Assembly (NCBI GenBank): GCA_028713975.1
Contig: JAQTNE010000001.1
Location: forward strand, 252,885 to 284,884
Length of the DNA: 32,000 nt
Direction of reading: 5' to 3'
Source of the DNA: Sulfuricella sp.
GTDB taxonomy: Bacteria; Pseudomonadota; Gammaproteobacteria; Burkholderiales; Sulfuricellaceae
Made by a program: the position numbers and the translations under genes. A model generated the notes under the pieces. That model was not told where the DNA came from and did no database searches. It worked only from the letters and a program-made list of their open reading frames with translations. Positions 19,539-27,766 of this stretch are shown here, piece by piece. How positions within the stretch are numbered: position 1 is the stretch's first letter; each line of letters starts with the position of its first letter.

Positions 19539-20108
19539 TTATTCCCTGATCGCTTCGATGGCGATATTGATGGTGACGTCGTCGCCCACATTAGGCGCGT
19601 ACTTGCCGGCATTGAAGTCGGTACGCTTTACCGTGGCGCTGGCATTGGCGCCGATGGCGTCTTTTTTCATCATCGGATGCGGCATGGCCTTGAAAGCCGT
19701 GACCTTGAGAGTCACCGGCCTGGTGATCCCCTTCATGGTCAAATTGCCTTCAATCGCTTCAGGCTTGTCGCCATCGAACCGGACATGGGTGGAGCGAAAG
19801 GTCGCGGTGGGATATTTGGCGGTATCGAGAAAATCTTCGCCCTGAATGTGTTCATTGAACAGCGTGGAACCGGTATCGACCGATTTCATGTCGATGGTCA
19901 CATCCACCGATCCCGTTTTGGCGGCCTTATCCAGCACCACCTTGCCGCTGGTCTTGTTGAAACGGCTGGTCTGGATTGAAAAGCCGAAATGGCTATAGGA
20001 AAAACTCGGGAAGGTATGGTTGCTGTCGATGGCATAGGTTTCGGTTGCGGCAAAAGCCGTAGAGGAAAGCATGGCGGTGGCCAGTGAGGTAATGACGATT
20101 TTTTTCAT
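19539..20108 (-). CDS. YceI-family periplasmic (polyisoprenoid-binding) protein
   Basis: 189 aa. Signal peptide MKKIVITSLATAMLSSTAFA. YAIDSNHTFPSFSYSHFGFS...GKVVLD is the typical YceI pattern. Confidence 0.9.
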   Translation of the reverse strand: MKKIVITSLATAMLSSTAFAATETYAIDSNHTFPSFSYSHFGFSIQTSRFNKTSGKVVLDKAAKTGSVDVTIDMKSVDTGSTLFNEHIQGEDFLDTAKYPTATFRSTHVRFDGDKPEAIEGNLTMKGITRPVTLKVTAFKAMPHPMMKKDAIGANASATVKRTDFNAGKYAPNVGDDVTINIAIEAIRE

Positions 20109-20138
20109 GGGATTCTCCTGACAGGTTAGGATAAAAAC

Positions 20139-20720
20139 TTACTTTCTGACCGGCATACTGCCGGCTACTACGTGAAACTTGATCTGAATTTCGTTAGCCA
20201 CCGTGCCCACATCGGCCCAAATACCTTCGCCAATAGCGAAATCGAGACGCTTCAGGACAAAGCCACCATCAAACACGCCGACGATGCCTTCCTGCCTGAA
20301 AGTAAATGGGGCAGTTACGTCCCGTGTCTTGCCCTTGATCGTGAGTTTGCCTGCGGCCTCATAACGGTTACCGCCCAGGGACTTGACCCCGGTCGAAACG
20401 AATTTGGCGTCGGGGAAAGCTTTGATGTTGAACCACTGCTTTCCGATCACCTCATCATTGGCTTCCTGGGAACCGGCGTCAATGCTCGCCAGATTGAGAT
20501 CGATCCGGGCCGAAGCCATGTTTACCCTGGCGGGATCGAAGGCAATGGTGGTGGTAAATTTATGAAACGTGCCTTCCACTGGCACGCCCATCTGTTTCGA
20601 CACGAAGGTGAGGCTACTCTTGTCAGCCTGCACCTGGTTGAATTCAGCCGCCTGAACGGACAGGACGGGAGCCAGCAGAAAGCATAGCAAATGCAGCGAA
20701 AAGCGGTTTATCTGGTTCAT
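20139..20720 (-). CDS. YceI-family periplasmic protein (second paralog)
   Basis: Start moved to MNQINRFSLHLLCFLLAPVLSVQA (ATG 20720, SD AGGAGAGG). 193 aa. Contains SSLTFVSKQMGVPVEGTFHKF. Confidence 0.85.
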   Translation of the reverse strand: MNQINRFSLHLLCFLLAPVLSVQAAEFNQVQADKSSLTFVSKQMGVPVEGTFHKFTTTIAFDPARVNMASARIDLNLASIDAGSQEANDEVIGKQWFNIKAFPDAKFVSTGVKSLGGNRYEAAGKLTIKGKTRDVTAPFTFRQEGIVGVFDGGFVLKRLDFAIGEGIWADVGTVANEIQIKFHVVAGSMPVRK

Positions 20721-20733
20721 GGCAATTCCTCTC

Positions 20734-21267
20734 CTATTTCCCGAAGGGCGACATGCGACGCAGGGTCGCATCACGGTCGATAACGTGGTGCTTGGCAGCA
20801 GCGGCGATATGCAGCCCTACCAGCCCGAACAAGGCTAAATTCAGGGTTTGATGTACGGCTTTCAACAAACCGCCCAGCTCGGCATTTTTGCTCACCAGGT
20901 CGGGCAAGGGCAGCAGGCCGAGGTAGACCACCTGGAACCCCTTCGCCGAACTCATCAGCCAACCGGACAACGGCACGGCGAAGACCAGCACGTACAGCAG
21001 CACATGGGTCAATTCCGCCACTTTCAGTTGCCAGGCCGGCGCCGGCAAAGTCGGCGGGACGGCGACAAAAAGGCGCACCAGAAGGCGTGGCAAAAACAGG
21101 AGCAGCACGGTCATGCCGATCCATTTGTGATAGGAAAAAAGCTGAAGCTTCTGTGGCGACAAGGGCAGGTCGTGCATGTAAACGCCCAGAGGGAAGGCGA
21201 TGAAGATCAAAACTGCCACCAGCCAGTGGGCCGCAATGGCGGACGTGGCGTAACGGGTTGGGGTCAT
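20734..21267 (-). CDS. cytochrome b561 family protein
   Basis: Start moved to MTPTRYATSAIAAHWLVAVLIFIAF (ATG 21267, SD CAGGAGAG). 177 aa, 4 TM with conserved His residues (HWL, YHKW, HVLLY, HIAAAAKHH). Forms an operon with the two YceI genes. Confidence 0.85.
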   Translation of the reverse strand: MTPTRYATSAIAAHWLVAVLIFIAFPLGVYMHDLPLSPQKLQLFSYHKWIGMTVLLLFLPRLLVRLFVAVPPTLPAPAWQLKVAELTHVLLYVLVFAVPLSGWLMSSAKGFQVVYLGLLPLPDLVSKNAELGGLLKAVHQTLNLALFGLVGLHIAAAAKHHVIDRDATLRRMSPFGK

Positions 21268-21541
21268 GCTTGGCTCTCCTGTATAAAAACCGCTTGCTCT
21301 TGGGATTACCCGAGACAAACCGTCTCTCAATGATTTTTTTCATTTCAGATGATCACATCATAGACATTTCTCGCCTCGACAGCGATAAAATCCAGCTTGC
21401 TGAAGGTTATCCTGAATGACTTTTCCACGCCAGTTAATACACTTCTGCAACCGTCAGAAACAAAAGGGGATGAATACAACAAGCTGATTTGTAAGCTTTC
21501 GATGTATCCCGGCAAATCAACCTCAACCCGCCTCCTGAATT

Positions 21542-21568
21542 GAACTTCCCCATCCATTGGCACTCTCA
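21542..21568 (+). promoter_or_regulatory. candidate sigmaE (RpoE)-type promoter of rpoH
   Basis: GAACTT (21542-21547), a 16-nt spacer, then TCTCA (21564-21568). This resembles the GGAACTT-N16-TCTGA class known for E. coli rpoH P3. Confidence 0.4.
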
Positions 21569-21586
21569 TGCGCTGAGTGCTAGAAT
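21557..21586 (+). promoter_or_regulatory. candidate sigma70 extended -10 promoter of rpoH
   Basis: TTGGCA (21557-21562), an 18-nt spacer, then TGcTAGAAT (21578-21586). Confidence 0.4.
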
Positions 21587-21606
21587 TACATCCGGAGGAA
21601 ATGTTT

Positions 21607-22470
21607 ATGTCGAATACCCTACTAGCCATCCCACTTCCCTCTGCCGGCGGCAGCCTGGAAAGCTATCTGCAGGCAATCCGGGTGATGCCCGTGCTGAGCG
21701 CGGAGGAAGAACATGATCTGGCACAGCGCCTGAAGCGCGACGACGACGTGGATGCGGCGCGGATGCTGGTGGTGTCACACCTGCGGTTGGTCGCAAACAT
21801 CGCGCGCGGTTACATGGGTTATGGCCTGCCCCAGGCAGACCTGATCCAGGAAGGCAATATCGGCCTGATGAAAGCGGTGCGCCGCTTCGACCCTGAGCGT
21901 GGCGTACGCCTGGTTTCGTTTGCCATCCACTGGATCCGCGCGGAAATTCACGAGTTTATTTTGCGCAACTGGCGCATCGTCAAGCTCGCCACCACCAAGG
22001 CCCAGCGCAAGCTGTTCTTCAACCTGCGCAGCATGAAAAAGGGGCTCGGCTACCTTGGCCAGAAGGAAATACTCAGTATCGCCAAAGAGTTGAACGTGAA
22101 GCCGGAAGAAGTGGTTGAAATGGAGAGCCGCATGGGCGGATCGGACATTTCAATGGAATCCCACGGCGGCGACGAAGACGAAGGCTCAGGCCCGATCGCC
22201 TATTTGGCTGCCGACGAAGCCAATGAGCCGGCAACCCTGCTGGAACGCGAGCAATCCATCCGGCTCCGCGAGCACGGCTTGGCCAGCGCCCTGGAAAGCC
22301 TCGACGACCGCAGCCGCCGCATCATCGAAGCGCGCTGGCTGGCCGAAGACGACAGCGCCACGCTGCACGAGCTTGCTGCCGAGTACGGCGTGTCTGCGGA
22401 ACGAATCCGGCAGATCGAGCAAAAAGCGCTGCAAAAAATGAAAACCGCTTTTAGCGCAGAAGCGGCCTGA
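21607..22470 (+). CDS. rpoH: RNA polymerase sigma-32 heat-shock factor
   Basis: Start moved to MSNTLLAIPLP (ATG 21607, GGAGG 8 nt upstream). Carries the RpoH box ATTKAQRKLFFNLRSMKK and sigma70 regions 2 and 4. Confidence 0.95.
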   Translation: MSNTLLAIPLPSAGGSLESYLQAIRVMPVLSAEEEHDLAQRLKRDDDVDAARMLVVSHLRLVANIARGYMGYGLPQADLIQEGNIGLMKAVRRFDPERGVRLVSFAIHWIRAEIHEFILRNWRIVKLATTKAQRKLFFNLRSMKKGLGYLGQKEILSIAKELNVKPEEVVEMESRMGGSDISMESHGGDEDEGSGPIAYLAADEANEPATLLEREQSIRLREHGLASALESLDDRSRRIIEARWLAEDDSATLHELAAEYGVSAERIRQIEQKALQKMKTAFSAEAA

Positions 22471-22483
22471 AACGGCAAAGCAC

Positions 22484-22519
22484 AAAAAAGGCGGGGCGCA
22501 TGATGCGCCCCGCTTTTTT
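22484..22519. terminator. bidirectional Rho-independent terminator (rpoH and the micro-ORF/ccoS transcript)
   Basis: A6, stem GCGGGGCGCA/TGCGCCCCGC (22491-22513), then T6 (22514-22519). Confidence 0.85.
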
Positions 22520-22544
22520 CATTCTGGTCTTCCGAATTGTCAGA

Positions 22545-22625
22545 TCAGGCCAGAATGACCGAAAAGAAACTCAACCAGCTCATAACCATCAAACCGATAA
22601 CGATAGGCATCACAAACTTATCCAT
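22545..22625 (-). CDS. unannotated 26-aa hydrophobic micro-protein (MDKFVMPIVIGLMVMSWLSFFSVILA)
   Basis: Hand-translated from the minus strand. ATG at 22625 is preceded by GAGGAG with a 6-nt spacer. The peptide is a single TM-length hydrophobic segment with a TGA stop at 22547-22545, followed by two hairpins including the bidirectional terminator. Too short for the ORF track. Confidence 0.45.
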   Translation of the reverse strand: MDKFVMPIVIGLMVMSWLSFFSVILA

Positions 22626-22736
22626 CTTTCTCTCCTCAAATAAATGACCATCAAAACGACCAATACCATTCAAACAGCAAAAATTCTAGTTCAAACTTCT
22701 CGCCCATTCCACCCGCCGCGTCAACTTTTGTTCAAA

Positions 22737-22922
22737 TTATTTTTTTCGCAGTGAATCCGCATAACGCGGAATGAGAGGATCGTCGTCGTCCATCAATATC
22801 CGCTGGGCAGGCCCCTCCATGTCATCGAACTGACCGCTTTTGATTGCCCAGAAAATACCGGCACCGGCGATGATCACCATCACGACCGCCATGCCCAGCA
22901 GAAAAAACAGTATTTGAGTCAT
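22737..22922 (-). CDS. ccoS: cbb3-type cytochrome oxidase assembly protein CcoS
   Basis: Start moved to MTQILFFLLGMAVVMVII (ATG 22922, SD GAGGAA). 61 aa. Contains FWAIKSGQFDDMEGPAQRILMDDD. Confidence 0.9.
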   Translation of the reverse strand: MTQILFFLLGMAVVMVIIAGAGIFWAIKSGQFDDMEGPAQRILMDDDDPLIPRYADSLRKK

Positions 22923-22935
22923 TGAAAATTCCTCG

Positions 22936-25347
22936 TCAACGTAAGCGCATTGCATTCAGCACGACAACCAGCGAGCTCGCCGACATGCCGATCGAGGCCA
23001 GCCACGGCGGAACCATGCCGAGCGCAGCGAACGGTAGCGCCAGCAAATTGTAAACAATCGCCCAAGCGAAGTTCTGGCGCATCACGGCCATGCTGTCATG
23101 GCCGGCTTGCAAAGCGCGCTGGATATCCAGCAAATTCTCGGACAATAATACGATATCGCTGCTGGCGCGGGCAACTTGGGTGCCACCGCCCATAGCGATG
23201 GAGACATCCGCTCCGGCCAGCACCGGCGCATCGTTGACGCCGTCTCCCACCATCGCCACCACATCGCCACGCTGCTGAAATTCCTGTAGTTTCGCCAGCT
23301 TGTTTTCCGGCCGCTGCGCCGCGTGCCAGGATTCAATGCCAATTTCGGTAGCAACATGAGCAACCGCCTCCAGCGCGTCGCCGCTCAGCATGGTGATGCG
23401 CACCCCCGCCGTTTTTAACCGTTCAACCAGCTCGCGCGCCTGCGGCCGCAGCCCGTCGGAAATCACGAATACCGCCAGAGCACGTTGCGCGTCGCACAGC
23501 CACACTTGTGTAGCACCTTCCGGCAGGTCGCCCGGCAATTCTACCAACGGCAGGCCAGACATGGCCGCGCTACCCACGGAGTAACGCAGGCCGGCTATCG
23601 TGCCGCTCACCCCCTTGCCGGGCAGGTTACGGGCGTCCTGCACCTGAGCCAGCTCGGCCTGGGTAACCCGGCTCAAGAAGCTCTGGGCAAGAGGGTGCTC
23701 CGATGCCTGTTCCAGACTGGCGGCCAGCATCAGGCATTGCGGTTCGCCCAGCTCCGTAAACGTAACAATGCGGCGCAACACCGGCTTGCCATAAGTCAGC
23801 GTGCCGGTCTTGTCGAATACGACATGGTTGACCTTCGCCATGGTTTCCAGGGCGTGGCCGCGCGTCAGCAAAATTCCGTGCCGCAACAGGTGCGATCCGG
23901 CTGCGGCAAAAGCGGTGGGCGCGGCAAGCGACAAGGCGCATGGGCAAGTCACCACCAGCATCGCCAGAACAACCTCGAATGCGCGCCCCGGCTCCAGCCA
24001 CCACCATGTCGCGCCGACCACCACCGCCAGAACCAGCAGGCCGATGGTAAAATGGCCCGCCACCCGGTCGGCCAGCTGCGCCAGCCGCGGCTTTTCCGCC
24101 ACCGCCCGGTCGAGCAGGCGGACGATGCCGGCCAGCACGGTATTCTCGCCCACGCTGGTGACGCGCAACAGCAGCGGCCCTTCCAGATTGATGCTGCCGG
24201 CGATGACCCGTGCTCCGGCACTCTTCGGCACCGGCCTGCTCTCGCCGGTAAGCAGCGCCTCGTCCACCGTACTCATCCCCTCGATCACTTCGGCATCTGC
24301 GGCAATCGCCTCGCCCGGCTTGGACAGAATGGTATCGCCCTCGCCGAGCTCCATCACCGGCACCGGCAAATGCTGGCCGTCCTGCTCCACCCTGATCGCC
24401 ATCGCCGGCGCGAGCTTGAGCAGGTTCTCCGCGGCCTCGACTGATTTTTCCTGGGCAGCATGTTCGAGAAAACGACTGGACAGCAAGAACAGGCTGAACA
24501 TGGTGATGGCGTCGTAATACACTACGCCGCTACCGCGAGATGTAGACCAGACGCTGCCGATGAAAGCGCCGACAACGGCCAGTGCAACCGGGACATCCAT
24601 ATTCAGGCGTCGCCCGCGCAAGGCATTCCAGGCGCTGTGATAAAACGGCAGCGCGGCGTAGAACACCACCGGCAGCGTCAGAATCAAGCTGGCCCAGCGC
24701 AGTAGCGACGCCGTGCTGGCCTCGATGCCGACGGCGGCGCCGGCGTACAGCGCCACCGCCAACATCATCACCTGACCGGCGGACAAGCCGGCAATGGCGA
24801 TGCGGCGCAGGTCTTTAGCACGGCGCTGGCGGCGCAGACCTTCCTGACGCTCGGCATTGAACGGGTGCGCGTTGTAGCCGAGTAACTGGATTTCTTCAAG
24901 AATCTTGCTGAGATGAATGACTTGCTCGTCCCAGCTGACGCGAGCCCGATGGGTGGCGTAATTGACCTGGACTTGCAGGATGCCGGGCAACTGCTTGAGG
25001 TGGCGCTCGTTGAGCCAGATACAGGCGGCACAAGTGATGCCCTCAAGGATCAGCGATGCTTCCCTGACATGATCGCCTTCTTGCCGCACGAAGCTTTTCT
25101 GGATGCCGGGATGGTCGTAAAGCGCGAGTTTCTGCACTTCTTCCGGCACCACTTCATGGCCGGCGGCAGGCATGGACGTACGATGGCGGTAGTAGTCGGT
25201 CAGGCCGTTATCGACAATGGTCTGCGCCACTGCCTGGCAGCCGCGACAGCACATCTCGCGCGGCTCCCGGTCGATTTCGACAAGGTAATGCGCGCCGGGA
25301 GGAACCGGCAGCGCGCAGTGATAACAGGCTTTCTCGATGCCGCTCAT
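22936..25347 (-). CDS. ccoI: copper-translocating P1B-type ATPase CcoI/FixI
   Basis: About 803 aa. N-terminal CYHCALPV, CPC motif (VVTCPCALSLAAP), DKTGTLT, GDGVNDAP. ATG 25347 overlaps the ccoH TGA; GTG 25350 is an alternative start. Confidence 0.95.
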   Translation of the reverse strand: MSGIEKACYHCALPVPPGAHYLVEIDREPREMCCRGCQAVAQTIVDNGLTDYYRHRTSMPAAGHEVVPEEVQKLALYDHPGIQKSFVRQEGDHVREASLILEGITCAACIWLNERHLKQLPGILQVQVNYATHRARVSWDEQVIHLSKILEEIQLLGYNAHPFNAERQEGLRRQRRAKDLRRIAIAGLSAGQVMMLAVALYAGAAVGIEASTASLLRWASLILTLPVVFYAALPFYHSAWNALRGRRLNMDVPVALAVVGAFIGSVWSTSRGSGVVYYDAITMFSLFLLSSRFLEHAAQEKSVEAAENLLKLAPAMAIRVEQDGQHLPVPVMELGEGDTILSKPGEAIAADAEVIEGMSTVDEALLTGESRPVPKSAGARVIAGSINLEGPLLLRVTSVGENTVLAGIVRLLDRAVAEKPRLAQLADRVAGHFTIGLLVLAVVVGATWWWLEPGRAFEVVLAMLVVTCPCALSLAAPTAFAAAGSHLLRHGILLTRGHALETMAKVNHVVFDKTGTLTYGKPVLRRIVTFTELGEPQCLMLAASLEQASEHPLAQSFLSRVTQAELAQVQDARNLPGKGVSGTIAGLRYSVGSAAMSGLPLVELPGDLPEGATQVWLCDAQRALAVFVISDGLRPQARELVERLKTAGVRITMLSGDALEAVAHVATEIGIESWHAAQRPENKLAKLQEFQQRGDVVAMVGDGVNDAPVLAGADVSIAMGGGTQVARASSDIVLLSENLLDIQRALQAGHDSMAVMRQNFAWAIVYNLLALPFAALGMVPPWLASIGMSASSLVVVLNAMRLR

Positions 25348-26138
25348 CACTGGACAGGAACGATAATCTCTTTCGCTGTTTCGAATTTATCCGCCTCGCG
25401 CTCGATCAGCAGCACCGCCAGCCAGTGTCCCGACGGCGCACTATTTACCCGTGCGCGATAGCTACCCGGCGCGATTACGGCCAGGTTAACGGTCATGCCT
25501 GCATCCGCCCCCGCGCTGTCGGCCATGCGCTTGATGATCAACTTGACGGTTGCGCCCTCCAGCGGCTTTAGCTGCCGGTCCATTACGTTGACAGTCACCT
25601 CCGAAGACACATTGGGCTTAAGCTGGTCGAGGCCGACCACCTCGGTTCGCCAGCCCAACAGGCGCTGCTTCTCGGACTTGTTCAGGTACTGGCTGACCGC
25701 CTTGGCTGCCGCTTCGTCATGCGGCACTTCGCCGGAGAAGGCGGTGTGCACCGTCTTGTTTGCGACATTAGGCAAAAACCATTGGGCAACCGAAGGAGAC
25801 ACGCCGGTTATGGCGATATTGACGAACACCGCCATCACTACGGCCAGCACCAGAAAGAAGGCGACAAACGACATCGGAATCCAGTGGAACTTGAATGGCT
25901 GACCCTGCCTGCGCGTGCCGCCGGTCAAGGTCAGTACGGTCGCCGTGGCGACATACATGGCGAGGTGCAACGCCACCACGTCCGCGCCTGGCCAGTGGTT
26001 CAGGCTATAAAACATCATCGTCAGCGTGGGCAGCGCGCCGCTGATGATGCCGCGCCAGTAGTTGGAAATTCCGGTTAAACGCAGCAGGAAATACAATACA
26101 GCAATGAGGGCGGCCCCTCCGAACAAGGTTGTTATCAC
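25347..26138 (-). CDS. ccoH: FixH/CcoH-family protein with an N-terminal multi-TM extension
   Basis: The C-terminal ~175 aa (FKFHWIPMSFVAFFLVLAVVMAVFVNIAI...) look FixH-like and sit in the ccoG-H-I-S position. Preferred start is GTG 26138 (GAAGGA, 7-nt spacer, 4 nt after the ccoG stop). The track start at 26183 is a TTG that overlaps ccoG by 41 nt. Confidence 0.7.
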   Translation of the reverse strand: MITTLFGGAALIAVLYFLLRLTGISNYWRGIISGALPTLTMMFYSLNHWPGADVVALHLAMYVATATVLTLTGGTRRQGQPFKFHWIPMSFVAFFLVLAVVMAVFVNIAITGVSPSVAQWFLPNVANKTVHTAFSGEVPHDEAAAKAVSQYLNKSEKQRLLGWRTEVVGLDQLKPNVSSEVTVNVMDRQLKPLEGATVKLIIKRMADSAGADAGMTVNLAVIAPGSYRARVNSAPSGHWLAVLLIEREADKFETAKEIIVPVQ

Positions 26139-26142
26139 GTAA

Positions 26143-27591
26143 TTATCCTTCACGTTGGGTGTAAAAATGAACTTTTTTCGCAATCGCCTTGTCCGGGCTG
26201 CTCAATGGCGTAATCACGAATTCAAAATCTTTCACCTTATCCGCCGTAGCGGGACTCAACCTGATATTGGCCAGCACCATGACGCTCTTGCCTTGATGTA
26301 CGCTGACCTCGTTGCCAATTTCGCCCAAATCCAGCGCACCTTCCGGAACGCCGCGCACGCTAATCCGGTAGGTCTGCACCGCCAGCGTTTTGTTGGTGAT
26401 ATGGATCTGGTAGCGGTTGCGGATATCGCCGTCGGACAGCACCACGAACAACGGTTGACGAACCGGCTGGACGGAAATCTGGATATCGGAACGCGTGGCA
26501 ATATTGTATACCAGCGCAATGATCATCACGAGAATCATGCCGCCGTAGCCAAGGGTGCGCAGCCTCATCCAGTCGAGATGACGCTTGCCGGGAGTCTTGC
26601 TCTCGATATTGATTTCCGAATCGTACCGAACCAGCCCCTTCGGAAACCCGACCGAGTCCATGATGGTGTCGCAAGCGTCCACGCACAGGCCGCAGGAAAT
26701 GCACTGGTATTGCAATCCGTTGCGAATGTCGATGCCGACCGGACAAACCTGCGCGCAATAACCACAATCGATGCAATCGCCAATGCCTTTGGCTTGGCGC
26801 TCCTCGCGGGTCTTGCTGCCGACGCGTGGCACCGCGCGCCCGGCGGCGCCTTCACCACGCTGGAAATCGTAATAAGGGGCAAGCGTTTCAGGTTCATACA
26901 TCACGCCCTGAAAGCGCGCATACGGGCACATGTACATGCACACCTGCTCGCGCGCCAGACCGGCGGCCGCATAGGTCGTAAAAGTCAGGATGATGACCGT
27001 GAAGTACGCAACGAACGGCAACCCACCAGCAAAAAATTGCTGCGTCAGTTCCGGCGCATAACCGAAATACAAAATGAACGAACAAGCCGTCCAGAAAGAC
27101 AGCAACAGCCACAAACTGTGCGTCAGCCCGTACTTGGCAATTTTTTCCGCATTCCATGGCTGCTTCATCAGGCGCAAGCGCGCCGGGCGTTCACCCTGCA
27201 CCCATTTTTCGATAAAAATGAAGGCGTCCGTCCATACGGTCTGGAAGCAGAAATAACCGCAAAAAGCCCGCCCCACCAGGCCGGTCACAAAAAACAGCAG
27301 CGCCGCGGAAATGAACAGCAGGAAAGAGAGAGAAATCAGATCCTGGGGATAGAACACCAGATCGAAGATGAAGAAGCGGCGCCCGACCATATCGAACAGC
27401 ACTGCCTGCGCCGGGGCATCCTGGCGCATCCATGGCAGCCAGGGCAGGCCGAAATAAACTGCGTAGGCCAGCACCAGCATTGCCGTCTTGAAAGTGCGAA
27501 ACGTACCTTTTACCGATCGGGGATGAATCGCGATTCTTTTCTGAAACAGCGACTCGGCTTCTGTTCCTGATTGTATTTTTTCCACTTTCAC
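26143..27591 (-). CDS. ccoG: cytochrome c oxidase accessory protein CcoG/FixG (polyferredoxin-like)
   Basis: 482 aa. Contains CIDCGYCAQVCPVGIDIRNG and CISCGLCVDACD. GTG start preceded by GGGAGAGGGAA. Confidence 0.9.
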   Translation of the reverse strand: MKVEKIQSGTEAESLFQKRIAIHPRSVKGTFRTFKTAMLVLAYAVYFGLPWLPWMRQDAPAQAVLFDMVGRRFFIFDLVFYPQDLISLSFLLFISAALLFFVTGLVGRAFCGYFCFQTVWTDAFIFIEKWVQGERPARLRLMKQPWNAEKIAKYGLTHSLWLLLSFWTACSFILYFGYAPELTQQFFAGGLPFVAYFTVIILTFTTYAAAGLAREQVCMYMCPYARFQGVMYEPETLAPYYDFQRGEGAAGRAVPRVGSKTREERQAKGIGDCIDCGYCAQVCPVGIDIRNGLQYQCISCGLCVDACDTIMDSVGFPKGLVRYDSEINIESKTPGKRHLDWMRLRTLGYGGMILVMIIALVYNIATRSDIQISVQPVRQPLFVVLSDGDIRNRYQIHITNKTLAVQTYRISVRGVPEGALDLGEIGNEVSVHQGKSVMVLANIRLSPATADKVKDFEFVITPLSSPDKAIAKKVHFYTQREG

Positions 27592-27657
27592 AATTCCCTC
27601 TCCCGATTAATTTCATCCTTTGGCCGCGCCAGTTCAATATCGTTCCGCCATGATGGA

Positions 27658-27699
27658 AGAATATCAGGACATTCTAATAGTCACATTGACAAAAATCAT
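27658..27699 (-). promoter_or_regulatory. candidate class II FNR-dependent promoter of ccoGHIS
   Basis: Plus strand TTGAC-aaaa-ATCAT (27686-27699). On the minus strand the box is followed by exactly 22 nt and then TATTCT (27663-27658), which puts the box centre at -41.5. Confidence 0.55.
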
Positions 27700-27708
27700 T
27701 CTTTACAT

Positions 27709-27745
27709 AAAAAAAGACCCCATCCAGAAGGTCGGGGTCTTTTTA
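27709..27745 (-). terminator. Rho-independent terminator after ccoP (end of ccoNOQP)
   Basis: GACCCC (27716-27721) and GGGGTC (27734-27739), flanked by A7 (27709-27715) and T5. The minus-strand transcript ends in U7. Confidence 0.75.
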
Positions 27746-27766
27746 TTTACTGATTGTTCTACGTTA

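Noticed and set aside
21312-21361. Short palindromes GAGAC-N5-GTCTC (21312-21326) and ATGAT-cac-ATCAT (21349-21361) upstream of the cytochrome b561 operon.
   Set aside because: Five-bp arms are expected by chance in a 340-bp AT-rich spacer. No known motif matches, and there is no second copy in the window.
21345-21629. A 94-aa minus-strand ORF in the cytochrome b561 / rpoH intergenic region.
   Set aside because: It overlaps the rpoH start and promoter region, has no SD, and lies in an AT-rich stretch where open frames arise by chance. No motif was recognised.
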